Shown here piece by piece: positions 24,572-33,669 of a stretch of 64,000 bases of DNA. Both the position numbers and the translations under genes were made by a program. The stretch lies in contig CAKSIG010000003.1 in NCBI GenBank assembly GCA_934463035.1, forward strand, positions 96,049-160,048. Reading direction: 5' to 3'. Source of the DNA: an uncultured Eubacteriales bacterium. GTDB lineage: Bacteria; Bacillota; Clostridia; Oscillospirales; Acutalibacteraceae. The stretch's first letter is position 1, and the number at the start of each line of letters is the position of its first letter. Below the pieces are notes generated by a model. The model was not told the origin of the DNA. It did not search any database and saw nothing but the letters and a program-made list of their open reading frames with translations.

Positions 24572-26002
24572 ATGAAATTAAAAGAATTGTTGCCGAAGTG
24601 TAATACAAGCGTTTCGGAAGTTGAAATAACGGGCATCACCTGTAATTCGCTTAAAGTGAAAAAGGGTTACGCTTTTGTTTGTATTGTCGGCACCGTGCAG
24701 GACGGTCATAAATACGCCGCCTCTGCGCTTGAAAACGGCGCCGCGGTTATAATTGCTCAGCGTGACTTGGGAATTGAAAATCAGGTTGTGGTCGAAGATA
24801 CAAGAACCGTTTATTCCGAAATATGCGCAAAGTGGTTCGGTAACCCTGCCGACAGTCTTAAACTTGTGGGCGTTACGGGAACCAACGGCAAGACTTCTGT
24901 AACATATATGCTTAAAAAAGTATTGGAGACAGCAGGCTTTAAGGTCGGACTTATCGGTACTATTCAGAATATGATAGGCGATGAAACGGTTGCTTCGCAT
25001 AATACAACCCCCGACGCGTATGAGCTTAACTCTCTGTTCGCTCTTATGAAAGCTAAGGGCTGCACCTATGTAATAATGGAGGCGTCTTCCCACGCGCTTG
25101 ACCAAAAGCGTATATATAACCTAAATTTTGAAGCGGCTATATTTACAAATCTTACACAGGACCACTTGGATTATCACAAGACAATGGAAAATTATCTTGC
25201 AGCCAAGAAAAAGCTGTTCCGTATGTGCAAGACTGCTATCATCAATAATGACGACCCGTATGCGGCGGAGCTTAAAGAGGGACTTAATTGCCGCATAGTG
25301 ACTTATTCTACGGGAAATGATTCCACATACAGCGCAAAGGCGATAAAATATAAGCCTGCAAGCGTTGAATACGAGCTTGTAAGCGACAGCATTATAAGCC
25401 ATATAAAGGTTAAAACGGGCGGAAGATTTACCGTATACAACTCTATGTGCGCGGCAGTATGCGCGTTGGAACTCGGTATACCGCTCGATACGGCGGTTCA
25501 GGCAATAGGCTTGCTTGAAGGAGTAAAGGGCAGGGCAGAGGTTGTGCCATCGGACCGTGATTTTACAATAATAATAGATTACGCGCACACACCCGACGGA
25601 TTGAAAAATATACTCGAAACCTTTAAAGAGTGTGAGAAAAACCGACTTATTGTTGTATTCGGCTGCGGCGGCGACCGCGATAAAACAAAACGTCCGATTA
25701 TGGGTAATATAGCGGTTCATAACGCCGATTACGTAATTGTTACAAGCGATAATCCCCGTACAGAGGAGCCAATGGCGATAATAGACGATATACTTACGGG
25801 TATGGCAGGAACAAAGACGCCGTATAAGGTTATAGAAAATCGAATTGAGGCTATAAAATTTGCTGTTTCAATTGCCGTAAAAGATGATATAATAGTCTTG
25901 GCAGGAAAAGGTCACGAAACCTACCAGATTTTAAAGGACGGCACGATACATCTCGAAGAACGGGAAGTAGTTGCCGAAGCATTGGGCAAAAATAAACAGT
26001 AA
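24572..26002 (+). CDS. murE: UDP-N-acetylmuramoyl-L-alanyl-D-glutamate--2,6-diaminopimelate ligase
   Basis: 476 aa. P-loop GVTGTNGKTS and the DNPR motif (TSDNPRTEEP), which is typical of meso-DAP-adding MurE. Confidence 0.9.
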   Translation: MKLKELLPKCNTSVSEVEITGITCNSLKVKKGYAFVCIVGTVQDGHKYAASALENGAAVIIAQRDLGIENQVVVEDTRTVYSEICAKWFGNPADSLKLVGVTGTNGKTSVTYMLKKVLETAGFKVGLIGTIQNMIGDETVASHNTTPDAYELNSLFALMKAKGCTYVIMEASSHALDQKRIYNLNFEAAIFTNLTQDHLDYHKTMENYLAAKKKLFRMCKTAIINNDDPYAAELKEGLNCRIVTYSTGNDSTYSAKAIKYKPASVEYELVSDSIISHIKVKTGGRFTVYNSMCAAVCALELGIPLDTAVQAIGLLEGVKGRAEVVPSDRDFTIIIDYAHTPDGLKNILETFKECEKNRLIVVFGCGGDRDKTKRPIMGNIAVHNADYVIVTSDNPRTEEPMAIIDDILTGMAGTKTPYKVIENRIEAIKFAVSIAVKDDIIVLAGKGHETYQILKDGTIHLEEREVVAEALGKNKQ

Positions 26003-26019
26003 AAAGGGAGTTTAAAGTT

Positions 26020-27042
26020 ATGAGAGATTTTACACCTGTAATTGCCGCGCTCACGTCATTTTTGATAACGGCGGGACTCGGATACGTGGTAATACCTTTT
26101 TTAAGAAAGCTGAAATTCGGGCAGACTATACTTGATATAGGTCCGAAGTGGCATAAGGATAAGCAGGGAACGCCGACAATGGGCGGTGTGCTTATGATGG
26201 CGGGAGTGGTACTTTCGCTTGCAATAGCGTTTGCGTATTCGGCAATAAGCTCGGGACGTTTTGCAAACGAACTTAAAACACCGTACCGTTTGTCCGTGTT
26301 TATCGCGGGAATTGCAATGGCGTTGCTTATGGGTGCTATCGGTTTTATCGACGATTATATAAAGGTCGTAAAAAAACGCAACTTGGGACTTACCGCAAGG
26401 CAGAAGACATTTTTGCAGCTGTTAGTTTCTGCGGCTTACCTTGCTTCCCTTGCTCTCTCGGGAATGAATACCACTTACATACCGTTTGTAGGTGATATAG
26501 ATATATTCCGCGGCGCAGGTCTTATCTTTTGGCCGATAGCGCTTGTGTTTATTTACGGCTTTACAAATGCCGTAAACCTTACCGACGGTATAGACGGACT
26601 TGCCGCAACCGTTACTCTGGTTGTTGCCTGTGCGTTTATGTTGGGTTCGGGATTTCTTTACAATATGACAACAAATGCCGTAAGCGCCGCACTTGCGGGC
26701 GCCTGTGTGGGTTTTGTTGCTTGGAACGCAAAGCCGGCAAAGGTATTTATGGGTGATACAGGTTCAATGTTCCTCGGCGGTATGGTCGTTGCGCTCTCGT
26801 TTGGAATAGGACGTCCCATTCTTCTCTTGTTTGCGGGCATTGTGTATTTTGCGGAAGCAATTTCTGTAATGCTTCAAGTGGCATATTATAAAATTACAAA
26901 AAAGCGTCTGTTTAAAATGGCTCCGCTCCACCATCACTTTGAGATGTGCGGCTGGTCGGAACAAAAAATAGTTTTTGTTTTCTCGCTTGTCGCTTTTGTA
27001 GGTTGTTTTATCGCGATTTTACCCGAAATATTTAATTGGTAA
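26020..27042 (+). CDS. mraY: Phospho-N-acetylmuramoyl-pentapeptide transferase
   Basis: 340 aa. Polytopic, with NAVNLTDGIDGLA, MGDTGS and PLHHHFE motifs. Confidence 0.95.
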   Translation: MRDFTPVIAALTSFLITAGLGYVVIPFLRKLKFGQTILDIGPKWHKDKQGTPTMGGVLMMAGVVLSLAIAFAYSAISSGRFANELKTPYRLSVFIAGIAMALLMGAIGFIDDYIKVVKKRNLGLTARQKTFLQLLVSAAYLASLALSGMNTTYIPFVGDIDIFRGAGLIFWPIALVFIYGFTNAVNLTDGIDGLAATVTLVVACAFMLGSGFLYNMTTNAVSAALAGACVGFVAWNAKPAKVFMGDTGSMFLGGMVVALSFGIGRPILLLFAGIVYFAEAISVMLQVAYYKITKKRLFKMAPLHHHFEMCGWSEQKIVFVFSLVAFVGCFIAILPEIFNW

Positions 27043-27055
27043 CGGAGGAAGCTAA

Positions 27056-28198
27056 ATGGCTAAGGCGGTCAAGAAAAAACGTTCGGCGTTCAGCGGTGAA
27101 GGAAAGATTGATGTAACATTTCTTTCCTTTGTTCTGATATTGCTGACAATAGGTCTTGTTATGCTGTTTTCGGCAAGCTATGCGTATTCGTATGCGTATT
27201 ACAATAACAGTTACCGCTTTATAACCAGACAGGCGGCTTTTGCCGTTCTCGGCGTTGCCGTTATGCTCGTTATTTCAAGAATAGATTATCATATATGGCG
27301 AAAATTCGCGTGGTTGCTGTTTATTGTGTCAGTAGGCTTGCTTGTAGTTTTGCTTGCCCTGCCGCCTATGGTGTCGGGAATGGACGTTAAACGCTGGATA
27401 GTAATAGGTCCGCTTAACTTCCAGCCGTCAGAGGTGGCGAAGTTTTCGATAATACTGCTTTTTTCATCGCTCATTGCCGCGAATTATCAGCAGATGAAGA
27501 GCTTTAAATTTATAATGGTTTTGGTGCTCATTTTGGGAGTTACCTGCGGTCTGGTCGTCTTGGAACCGCACCTGTCGGCAACGCTTCTTATTTTTTCAAT
27601 AGGCGTTGTGCTGATGATAGTCGGCGGTTTGCAGATAAGATATATTCTTTTGGGACTCGGCGGCGGCGTAGGTTTGGTAGTTGTTGCGATACTTACAGGT
27701 ATTATCGGCTACGGCTCAGACCGAATAAAATATTGGCTTGACCCGTGGGCAGACGCCTCGGGAAAAGGCTTTCAGACTATACAGTCGCTGTTGGCAATCG
27801 GCTCAGGCGGAATACTCGGCAGGGGAATAGGACAGTCGAGACAAAAGCATTTGTGGGTTCCCGAACCGCATAACGACTTTATCTTTTCAATAGTTTGCGA
27901 GGAACTCGGACTTATAGGCGCAGTAATTATAATTCTGCTGTTCTGCTTGCTTGTTTGGCGCGGTTTTACGATTGCTATGCGTTCGCCTGATAAATTCGGG
28001 TCGCTTTTGGCAATCGGACTTACGTTTCAGGTAGGTTTGCAGGCTATGCTTAATATATGGGTCGTTACGAACACAATACCCAACACAGGAATAAGCCTGC
28101 CGTTTTTCAGCTACGGCGGTACATCGTTGCTTATTTTGCTGTCGGAAATGGGTATCGTGCTGTCGGTGTCGCGGTACGCGAATATTGAAAAAATGTAG
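27056..28198 (+). CDS. ftsW: SEDS-family peptidoglycan glycosyltransferase FtsW/SpoVE
   Basis: 380 aa. FQPSEVAKF, PEPHNDFIFS and LPFFSYGGTS motifs. Confidence 0.9.
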   Translation: MAKAVKKKRSAFSGEGKIDVTFLSFVLILLTIGLVMLFSASYAYSYAYYNNSYRFITRQAAFAVLGVAVMLVISRIDYHIWRKFAWLLFIVSVGLLVVLLALPPMVSGMDVKRWIVIGPLNFQPSEVAKFSIILLFSSLIAANYQQMKSFKFIMVLVLILGVTCGLVVLEPHLSATLLIFSIGVVLMIVGGLQIRYILLGLGGGVGLVVVAILTGIIGYGSDRIKYWLDPWADASGKGFQTIQSLLAIGSGGILGRGIGQSRQKHLWVPEPHNDFIFSIVCEELGLIGAVIIILLFCLLVWRGFTIAMRSPDKFGSLLAIGLTFQVGLQAMLNIWVVTNTIPNTGISLPFFSYGGTSLLILLSEMGIVLSVSRYANIEKM

Positions 28199-28212
28199 CA
28201 AGGAGAATGTTT

Positions 28213-29325
28213 ATGCATATTTTGTTTGCAGGCGGCGGAACTGCGGGTCATATTAACCCTGCGCTTGCTGTTGCGGGTTATATCAAAGAAAGACACCCCG
28301 ACGCCGTTATAAGCTATATCGGAACAGCCGATAAACTCGAATCGCGTTTAGTACCCGAAAAAGGATATAATTTTTACACCATTGACGTGGCGGGATTTCA
28401 ACGCAAGCTGTCGCTCAAAAATGTCGGCAGAAATATAGCGGCGGTAAAAAAGATGTTTACCTCCTCGCGTGACTCGCGGCGCCTGCTCAGGGAAATAAAT
28501 CCCGACGTCGTCGTAGGTACAGGCGGCTATGTAAGCGGTCCTGTGCTGAGAGAAGCACAGAAGTTAGGCTTTAAAACCGCAATTCACGAGCAGAACGCAT
28601 ATCCCGGAGTTACGACCAAAATGCTTTCCGAAAATGCCGATTATGTAATGCTTGCTATGCCTGAGGCAAAAAAATATCTGAAACTTAAAAATCCGCCTGT
28701 AATTACGGGCAACCCCGTAAGGACGGAGCTTTTAAGCATAACCAAGGAACAGGCGCGTAAAAAACTCGGCTTTGACGACCGTCCGATGATTTTGTCTTTC
28801 GGCGGTTCCCTCGGCGCAAGACATATCAACGAGGCTGTGACCGAACTTATAAAGCGGCATAACGGCACTCATAAATTTTATCATATCCACGGCACGGGAA
28901 AAACAGGCTATGATACTATGCTTGAAAATCTTAAAGACATAAATTTGTCCGAAGAAATATCCGTACGTGAATATATAAACGATATGGACGTATGTATGGC
29001 GGCGGCAGATTTAGTTATATGCCGCGCAGGCGCAATCACTTTGAGCGAGCTTCAAGCTATGGGTAAGCCGTCAATACTTATTCCGTCGCCCTATGTTGCG
29101 GAAAATCACCAGTTCCATAACGCTATGACCTTAAAAAAGAACGGCGCCGCCGAAGTGATCGAAGAAAGCGAGCTTTCGGGGCAGTCGTTGATAAATAAGG
29201 TCGAATATATGATTGAAAATAAACCGCGGCTTAGCGATATGGGAAAAGCGGCGCGCGCACACGCTATTATAGACGCGAACGAACGCATTTATCAAGTAAT
29301 AATGAAGTTGTATACTCAGGCGTGA
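28213..29325 (+). CDS. murG: UDP-N-acetylglucosamine--N-acetylmuramyl-(pentapeptide) pyrophosphoryl-undecaprenol GlcNAc transferase
   Basis: ATG 28213 (MHILFAGGGTAGHINPALAV) lies 7 nt after AGGAG (28201-28205). The track start at 28207 is too close to the RBS. Confidence 0.9.
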   Translation: MHILFAGGGTAGHINPALAVAGYIKERHPDAVISYIGTADKLESRLVPEKGYNFYTIDVAGFQRKLSLKNVGRNIAAVKKMFTSSRDSRRLLREINPDVVVGTGGYVSGPVLREAQKLGFKTAIHEQNAYPGVTTKMLSENADYVMLAMPEAKKYLKLKNPPVITGNPVRTELLSITKEQARKKLGFDDRPMILSFGGSLGARHINEAVTELIKRHNGTHKFYHIHGTGKTGYDTMLENLKDINLSEEISVREYINDMDVCMAAADLVICRAGAITLSELQAMGKPSILIPSPYVAENHQFHNAMTLKKNGAAEVIEESELSGQSLINKVEYMIENKPRLSDMGKAARAHAIIDANERIYQVIMKLYTQA

Positions 29326-29392
29326 CAAATATCCGCACTTGTGCATAGTATGAATTGAAATTGTTTTCAGTTTGACTGTGAGGGGTGCTGTT

Positions 29393-30673
29393 ATGGCAAA
29401 TATTTCGGTTATCGGCGGAAAGAAAATAAGCGGCGAGATTGAAGTGCAGGGGGCAAAAAACAGCGTCCTGCCCGTGCTTGCGGCAACGATACTCTGCGGA
29501 AGCGAATGTATAGTACATAATTGCCCCGAACTTTCAGACGTAAGAACCTCAATTCGTATATTGGCTCATCTGGGCTGTAACGTAATAAAGGACGGAAACA
29601 CCGTCACGGTAAATACATCGGGAATGGATTGCTGTGAGATACCGGACGTTCTTATGCGTGAAATGCGTTCATCCATTGTTTTTTTGGGCGCCATAATAGG
29701 CAGATGTAAAAGCGCGGTGGTCAGCAGTCCCGGCGGCTGTGAATTGGGCCCAAGACCTATTGATCTGCATTTGTCCGCTCTTGAAAAGCTGGGCGTTGAA
29801 ATATCCGAAGAACACGGTTTTTTGCATTGCTCCTGCGGAAAAGGACTGCACGGCGCCGAAATCAATCTCAGTTTCCCGAGCGTCGGCGCAACCGAGAATA
29901 TAATGCTCGCCGCGGCGACAGCCGACGGTACGACGGTCATACATAACGCCGCCAAGGAACCCGAAATAAGCGATCTTGCGGACTTTTTGAACCGCGCGGG
30001 CGCACGTATTTACGGAAGCGGCTCCGATACGGTCGTTATACACGGCGTTGAACGGCTTTACGGAACGGAACACGCCATAATTCCCGATAGAATAGCGGCG
30101 GCTACATATATGGCGGCTGCCGCGGTGACAGGCGGCGAGATAAGGCTTGATAACGTTATGCCGTCGCATATGGTCTCTATTCTGTGGGCTTTCAGGGAGT
30201 GCGGTTGCGGAATTGAATTAAGCGGTAAATCGGTGCTTTTAACCGCACCGAAGCAAATAAAGCGTATCCCTACTGTCAGAAGTCTTGTTTATCCGGGATT
30301 TCCTACCGACGCAGGACCGATAATTATTTCAGTTCTCTCGCTTGCAGACGGTACCTCGGTTTTCGTAGAAAATATATTCGAGAGCCGATATAAATATATA
30401 GACGAATTAAAGCGTTTTGGCACAAAGATAAAGACCGAAGCCAAGGTTGCGGTCATAGAGGGTGTGGATTCGCTTTGCAGCGCAGATGTTCGATGTACCG
30501 ATCTGCGCGGCGGAGCCGCCGTTGTTATCGCCGCTCTTGCCGCAGAAGGTAATTCGCATATAAGTGAAATACATCATATTGAACGCGGTTACGAGGACAT
30601 AACAGGTACGCTTGCAAAACTCGGAGCAGACATAAATTTAAAGGAAGATCAGCTTGAAGAAAAAACAGTTTAG
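29393..30673 (+). CDS. murA: UDP-N-acetylglucosamine 1-carboxyvinyltransferase
   Basis: ATG 29393 (MANISVIGGKKISGEIEVQGAKNSVLP). The active-site Cys loop is SPGGCELGPRPIDLH. Confidence 0.9.
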   Translation: MANISVIGGKKISGEIEVQGAKNSVLPVLAATILCGSECIVHNCPELSDVRTSIRILAHLGCNVIKDGNTVTVNTSGMDCCEIPDVLMREMRSSIVFLGAIIGRCKSAVVSSPGGCELGPRPIDLHLSALEKLGVEISEEHGFLHCSCGKGLHGAEINLSFPSVGATENIMLAAATADGTTVIHNAAKEPEISDLADFLNRAGARIYGSGSDTVVIHGVERLYGTEHAIIPDRIAAATYMAAAAVTGGEIRLDNVMPSHMVSILWAFRECGCGIELSGKSVLLTAPKQIKRIPTVRSLVYPGFPTDAGPIIISVLSLADGTSVFVENIFESRYKYIDELKRFGTKIKTEAKVAVIEGVDSLCSADVRCTDLRGGAAVVIAALAAEGNSHISEIHHIERGYEDITGTLAKLGADINLKEDQLEEKTV

Positions 30674-31445
30674 GGACGATTTTGAGCGGCGCAGAGCCGA
30701 AAGGCAGCGCCGCATAAAAAAAAGAAGACTAATAATATTTTTTATTTGCTTTATTATAGTTATGCTTGCTGTCGGAACAGCGCTGTCGCTTACAATATTC
30801 TTCCCGATAGAGAGTATTACCGCTAAGGGCAGTAAGATATATACAAGCGAACAGATAATAAAGGCTTGCGGTGTGTCTGAGGGTGATAATCTGTTTACAT
30901 TTACGCAAAAGGAAATGAGTGAGGAAATACGTAAAACGCTTCCTTATGTAAACGGTGTTAGCGTAAAGCGCAGTCTTCCCGGAAACGTTGTAATCACAGT
31001 AAGCGACGCCGCGGAATATGCCTGCTATAATATAGACGGAAAATACTTTGTTACCGATAAATCGGGTTTTGTCCTCAACGAATACGATACTATTCCCGAA
31101 AATGTGTTTGAGATCAGGGCAAACGGCGTTAAGTGCAAGGTAGGGGAATATGTGCAATATAAAGAAAGCGAGACCGATAAGACGGTATCACAGCTTGTAG
31201 ATGTCCTTTCAGAATCAAAAATACATATAAACTATATTGACGTAACGGATACGCTTGCCGTTACCGCAAAGGTTGAAAACAGGTTTGTCGTTCAGTTCGG
31301 AACGGTTAATAATCTTGATAAAAAAACGGCGCACCTTGCGGGAATGATAAAAAATATCGACCCACAGAAAACAGGGAAAATAAACCTAAGTATGTGGACA
31401 AGCTCAAAAACCGAAGGCACTTTTATAGAGGGCGCGGTTGAGTGA
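30654..31445 (+). CDS. ftsQ: Cell division protein FtsQ/DivIB
   Basis: 263 aa. A basic N-terminus, one TM (LIIFFICFIIVMLAVGTALSL), then a POTRA-like region (IESITAKGSKIYTSEQIIKACGV). The TTG start overlaps the murA 3' end by 20 nt. Confidence 0.8.
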   Translation: MKKKQFRDDFERRRAERQRRIKKRRLIIFFICFIIVMLAVGTALSLTIFFPIESITAKGSKIYTSEQIIKACGVSEGDNLFTFTQKEMSEEIRKTLPYVNGVSVKRSLPGNVVITVSDAAEYACYNIDGKYFVTDKSGFVLNEYDTIPENVFEIRANGVKCKVGEYVQYKESETDKTVSQLVDVLSESKIHINYIDVTDTLAVTAKVENRFVVQFGTVNNLDKKTAHLAGMIKNIDPQKTGKINLSMWTSSKTEGTFIEGAVE

Positions 31446-31489
31446 GATCTAAATTTGAATAAAAAAATTACAAATTTGTAATAAAACTA

Positions 31490-31518
31490 TTGAAATTTCG
31501 GTAAAACTATGTTAATAT
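31490..31518 (+). promoter_or_regulatory. Putative dedicated ftsZ promoter
   Basis: TTGAAA (31490-31495), a 17-nt spacer, then TGtTAATAT (extended -10, hexamer 31513-31518), in the 130-nt ftsQ-ftsZ gap. Confidence 0.5.
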
Positions 31519-31580
31519 CATTATGTATTTGATATTATACAGTTATTATATCCATTTTACATATACGGAGGAATTTGAAA

Positions 31581-32639
31581 ATGCCATTTGAAGTAGCAGA
31601 AGAACTTGAAAACGTAGTACAAATTAAGGTCGTAGGCGTAGGCGGCGGCGGCGGAAACGCTGTCAACCGTATGGTTGCCGCAGGAGTACGCGGAGTTGAA
31701 TTTATAGCAGTTAATACTGATAAAGCGGCTTTGTTTTTATCAAAGGCAAATCAGAAAATACAGATTGGCGATAAGACCACCGCAGGTATGGGCGCAGGCG
31801 GAAATCCCGATAACGGACGTGCCGCAGCAGAGGAATCGCGCGACGAAATAGCCGCCGCGATCCGCAGTGCCGATATGATCTTCATAACCGCAGGTATGGG
31901 CGGCGGAACAGGTACAGGTGCCGCTCCCGTCGTTGCCCAGATTGCAAAGGAACTCGGTATACTCACAGTAGGTATCGTTACAAAGCCTTTCGGCTTTGAA
32001 GGCAAAAAGCGTATGACTCAGGCTGAGGCAGGCATTGCCGCCCTCAGAGAGCATGTGGACAGCCTTGTTGTTATCCCGAACGAACGTCTTAAATTCGTTT
32101 CGGAGCAGAAGATTACTTTCAAAAATGCGTTTGATATTGCCGATGACGTTCTCCGTCAGGGCGTTCAGAGCATTTCTGAGCTTATCAATGTTACCGCGCT
32201 TGTCAACCTTGACTTTGCTGATGTTAAGTCTATTATGGCTGACGCAGGCTATGCTCATATGGGTGTCGGCGTTGCTACGGGACGCGACAAGGCTGAACAG
32301 GCTGCACGTACCGCTATCAGCAGTCCGCTTATTGAGACTTCAATGGAAAATGCACGCGGCGTTATCATCAGCATAACAGGCTCTGACGATATCGGACTTG
32401 AAGAAGTTGAACTCGCGTCTTCTATCATTTCCGAAATGGCTCATCCCGACGCTACCATCATCTGGGGCGCTCAGCTTGATGATACCCTTGAAGATACAAT
32501 TCGCGTTACGGTTGTTGCAACAGGTCTTGGTGACGATAAGAAGGAAGAAAAGGCAAACGACTTGGCTTCTATTATCGGCAATGCAAGCGATGACGACGAA
32601 GCCTACGGCGATGTTATGAGCTTCTTTAAAAAAGACTGA
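31581..32639 (+). CDS. ftsZ: Cell division GTPase FtsZ
   Basis: ATG 31581 lies 9 nt after GGAGG (31567-31571). [13 protein letters not shown] and the tubulin signature [15 protein letters not shown] are present. Confidence 0.97.
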   Translation: MPFEVAEELENVVQIKVVGVGGGGGNAVNRMVAAGVRGVEFIAVNTDKAALFLSKANQKIQIGDKTTAGMGAGGNPDNGRAAAEESRDEIAAAIRSADMIFITAGMGGGTGTGAAPVVAQIAKELGILTVGIVTKPFGFEGKKRMTQAEAGIAALREHVDSLVVIPNERLKFVSEQKITFKNAFDIADDVLRQGVQSISELINVTALVNLDFADVKSIMADAGYAHMGVGVATGRDKAEQAARTAISSPLIETSMENARGVIISITGSDDIGLEEVELASSIISEMAHPDATIIWGAQLDDTLEDTIRVTVVATGLGDDKKEEKANDLASIIGNASDDDEAYGDVMSFFKKD

Positions 32640-32655
32640 TACGTAATATAATTTA

Positions 32656-32688
32656 AGAGCGGTTGCTTTGCGGCAACCGCTCTTTTTT
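32656..32688. terminator. Bidirectional terminator between ftsZ and the convergent binding-protein gene
   Basis: AGAGCGGTTGC / GCAACCGCTCT stem followed by TTTTTT. Confidence 0.8.
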
Positions 32689-32703
32689 GTATGTGCGCTA
32701 TAC

Positions 32704-33669
32704 TTACTGAAATTTAAACAGCATTTTTTGCTTGTCTGTATCAAACATATTTTCCTTTGTGAATACGTCTGAATCGGTCGTAATGCTTTTTTCAATCTTT
32801 TTGCCGTTAATCGCTTTAACGGCGGATTTAATGCCCAAATAGCCCATTGCGAATGGGTTTTGTACTATAAGCGAATCCATTTCGCCCGTTTCCAACATAC
32901 CTATTGAAACCGTGTTGCTGTCAAAACCTACCGCATAAACGGTGTCTTTACAACCAAGCTGTCTCACCGCGTAACCTACGCCTAATGTGAGCCATTCGTT
33001 GAATCCTACGATAACATTGATTTCAGGATGGTTGTATAGCAACGTTATAGCGCCGCTTGTCGCGCTGTCGGTATTGGAATTAACATTCACCGCCTCAACT
33101 ATCTCGGCGTTTTTGAATTTCTTTAAAAATGAGCGAAAGCCTTGCTCGCGCTGATAACCGTTGTCTGTTTCAACATCGTAATTTACTATTCCGATTTTAA
33201 TGCCGTTATCGGTTCCGAGCTGATTGATTACTGTCTGAGCTGCTAATTCGCCCGCCTTGTAATTATCGGTTCCGATAAAGGCGCTGACCTTGTCGCTGTT
33301 TAAGCCGCTGTCAATGGTTATTACTTTTATGCCTTTGTCTGCGGCTCGGTCAACAATTTTTGTAAGACGGTTATAATCAATGGCTGAAAGCACAATAGCG
33401 TCCGACTTATTATCAATAGCTTTCTGTATCATTTCTATTTGCGAAACGTAATCTTCTTCGCTTTCGGGTCCCTCTATCTTAACATCAACGTTGTATTCGG
33501 CGGCGGCTGTATTTACCCCTTGAAACACATTGTTCCAGAAATCCGAGTTTGTGGATTTGGTTATAACCGTAATTTGGGTTCTTTTATTTTTGCTGTCTCC
33601 CGAACAGGAACATAAAACGAAAACAGTGATTAACGACAGCATTAAAGATAATGCCTTTTTATAAAACAT
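32704..33669 (-). CDS. Sugar-binding lipoprotein (periplasmic binding protein type I, ribose/galactose/xylose class), sensor partner rather than transporter subunit
   Basis: 321 aa. Signal peptide with Cys (LITVFVLCSCSG). PBP-I pattern ITVITKSTNSDFWNNVFQGV...DAIVLSAID...VITIDS. It overlaps the 3' end of the kinase gene by 11 nt, and no permease or ATPase genes are adjacent. Confidence 0.75.
   Translation of the reverse strand: MFYKKALSLMLSLITVFVLCSCSGDSKNKRTQITVITKSTNSDFWNNVFQGVNTAAAEYNVDVKIEGPESEEDYVSQIEMIQKAIDNKSDAIVLSAIDYNRLTKIVDRAADKGIKVITIDSGLNSDKVSAFIGTDNYKAGELAAQTVINQLGTDNGIKIGIVNYDVETDNGYQREQGFRSFLKKFKNAEIVEAVNVNSNTDSATSGAITLLYNHPEINVIVGFNEWLTLGVGYAVRQLGCKDTVYAVGFDSNTVSIGMLETGEMDSLIVQNPFAMGYLGIKSAVKAINGKKIEKSITTDSDVFTKENMFDTDKQKMLFKFQ

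Noticed and set aside
25121-25720. 199-aa minus-strand ORF inside murE, and similar ORFs at 24578-25105 and 31740-32258 inside murE and ftsZ
   Set aside because: They are antisense to highly conserved genes. Their Arg/Cys/Tyr-rich unnatural composition and the lack of translation signals argue against coding.
24572-27042. Possibility that murF is hidden as a fusion or unannotated frame between murE and mraY
   Set aside because: murE is a normal 476 aa, the intergenic gap is 17 nt, and mraY starts with its usual TM helix. No additional Mur-ligase P-loop is present.
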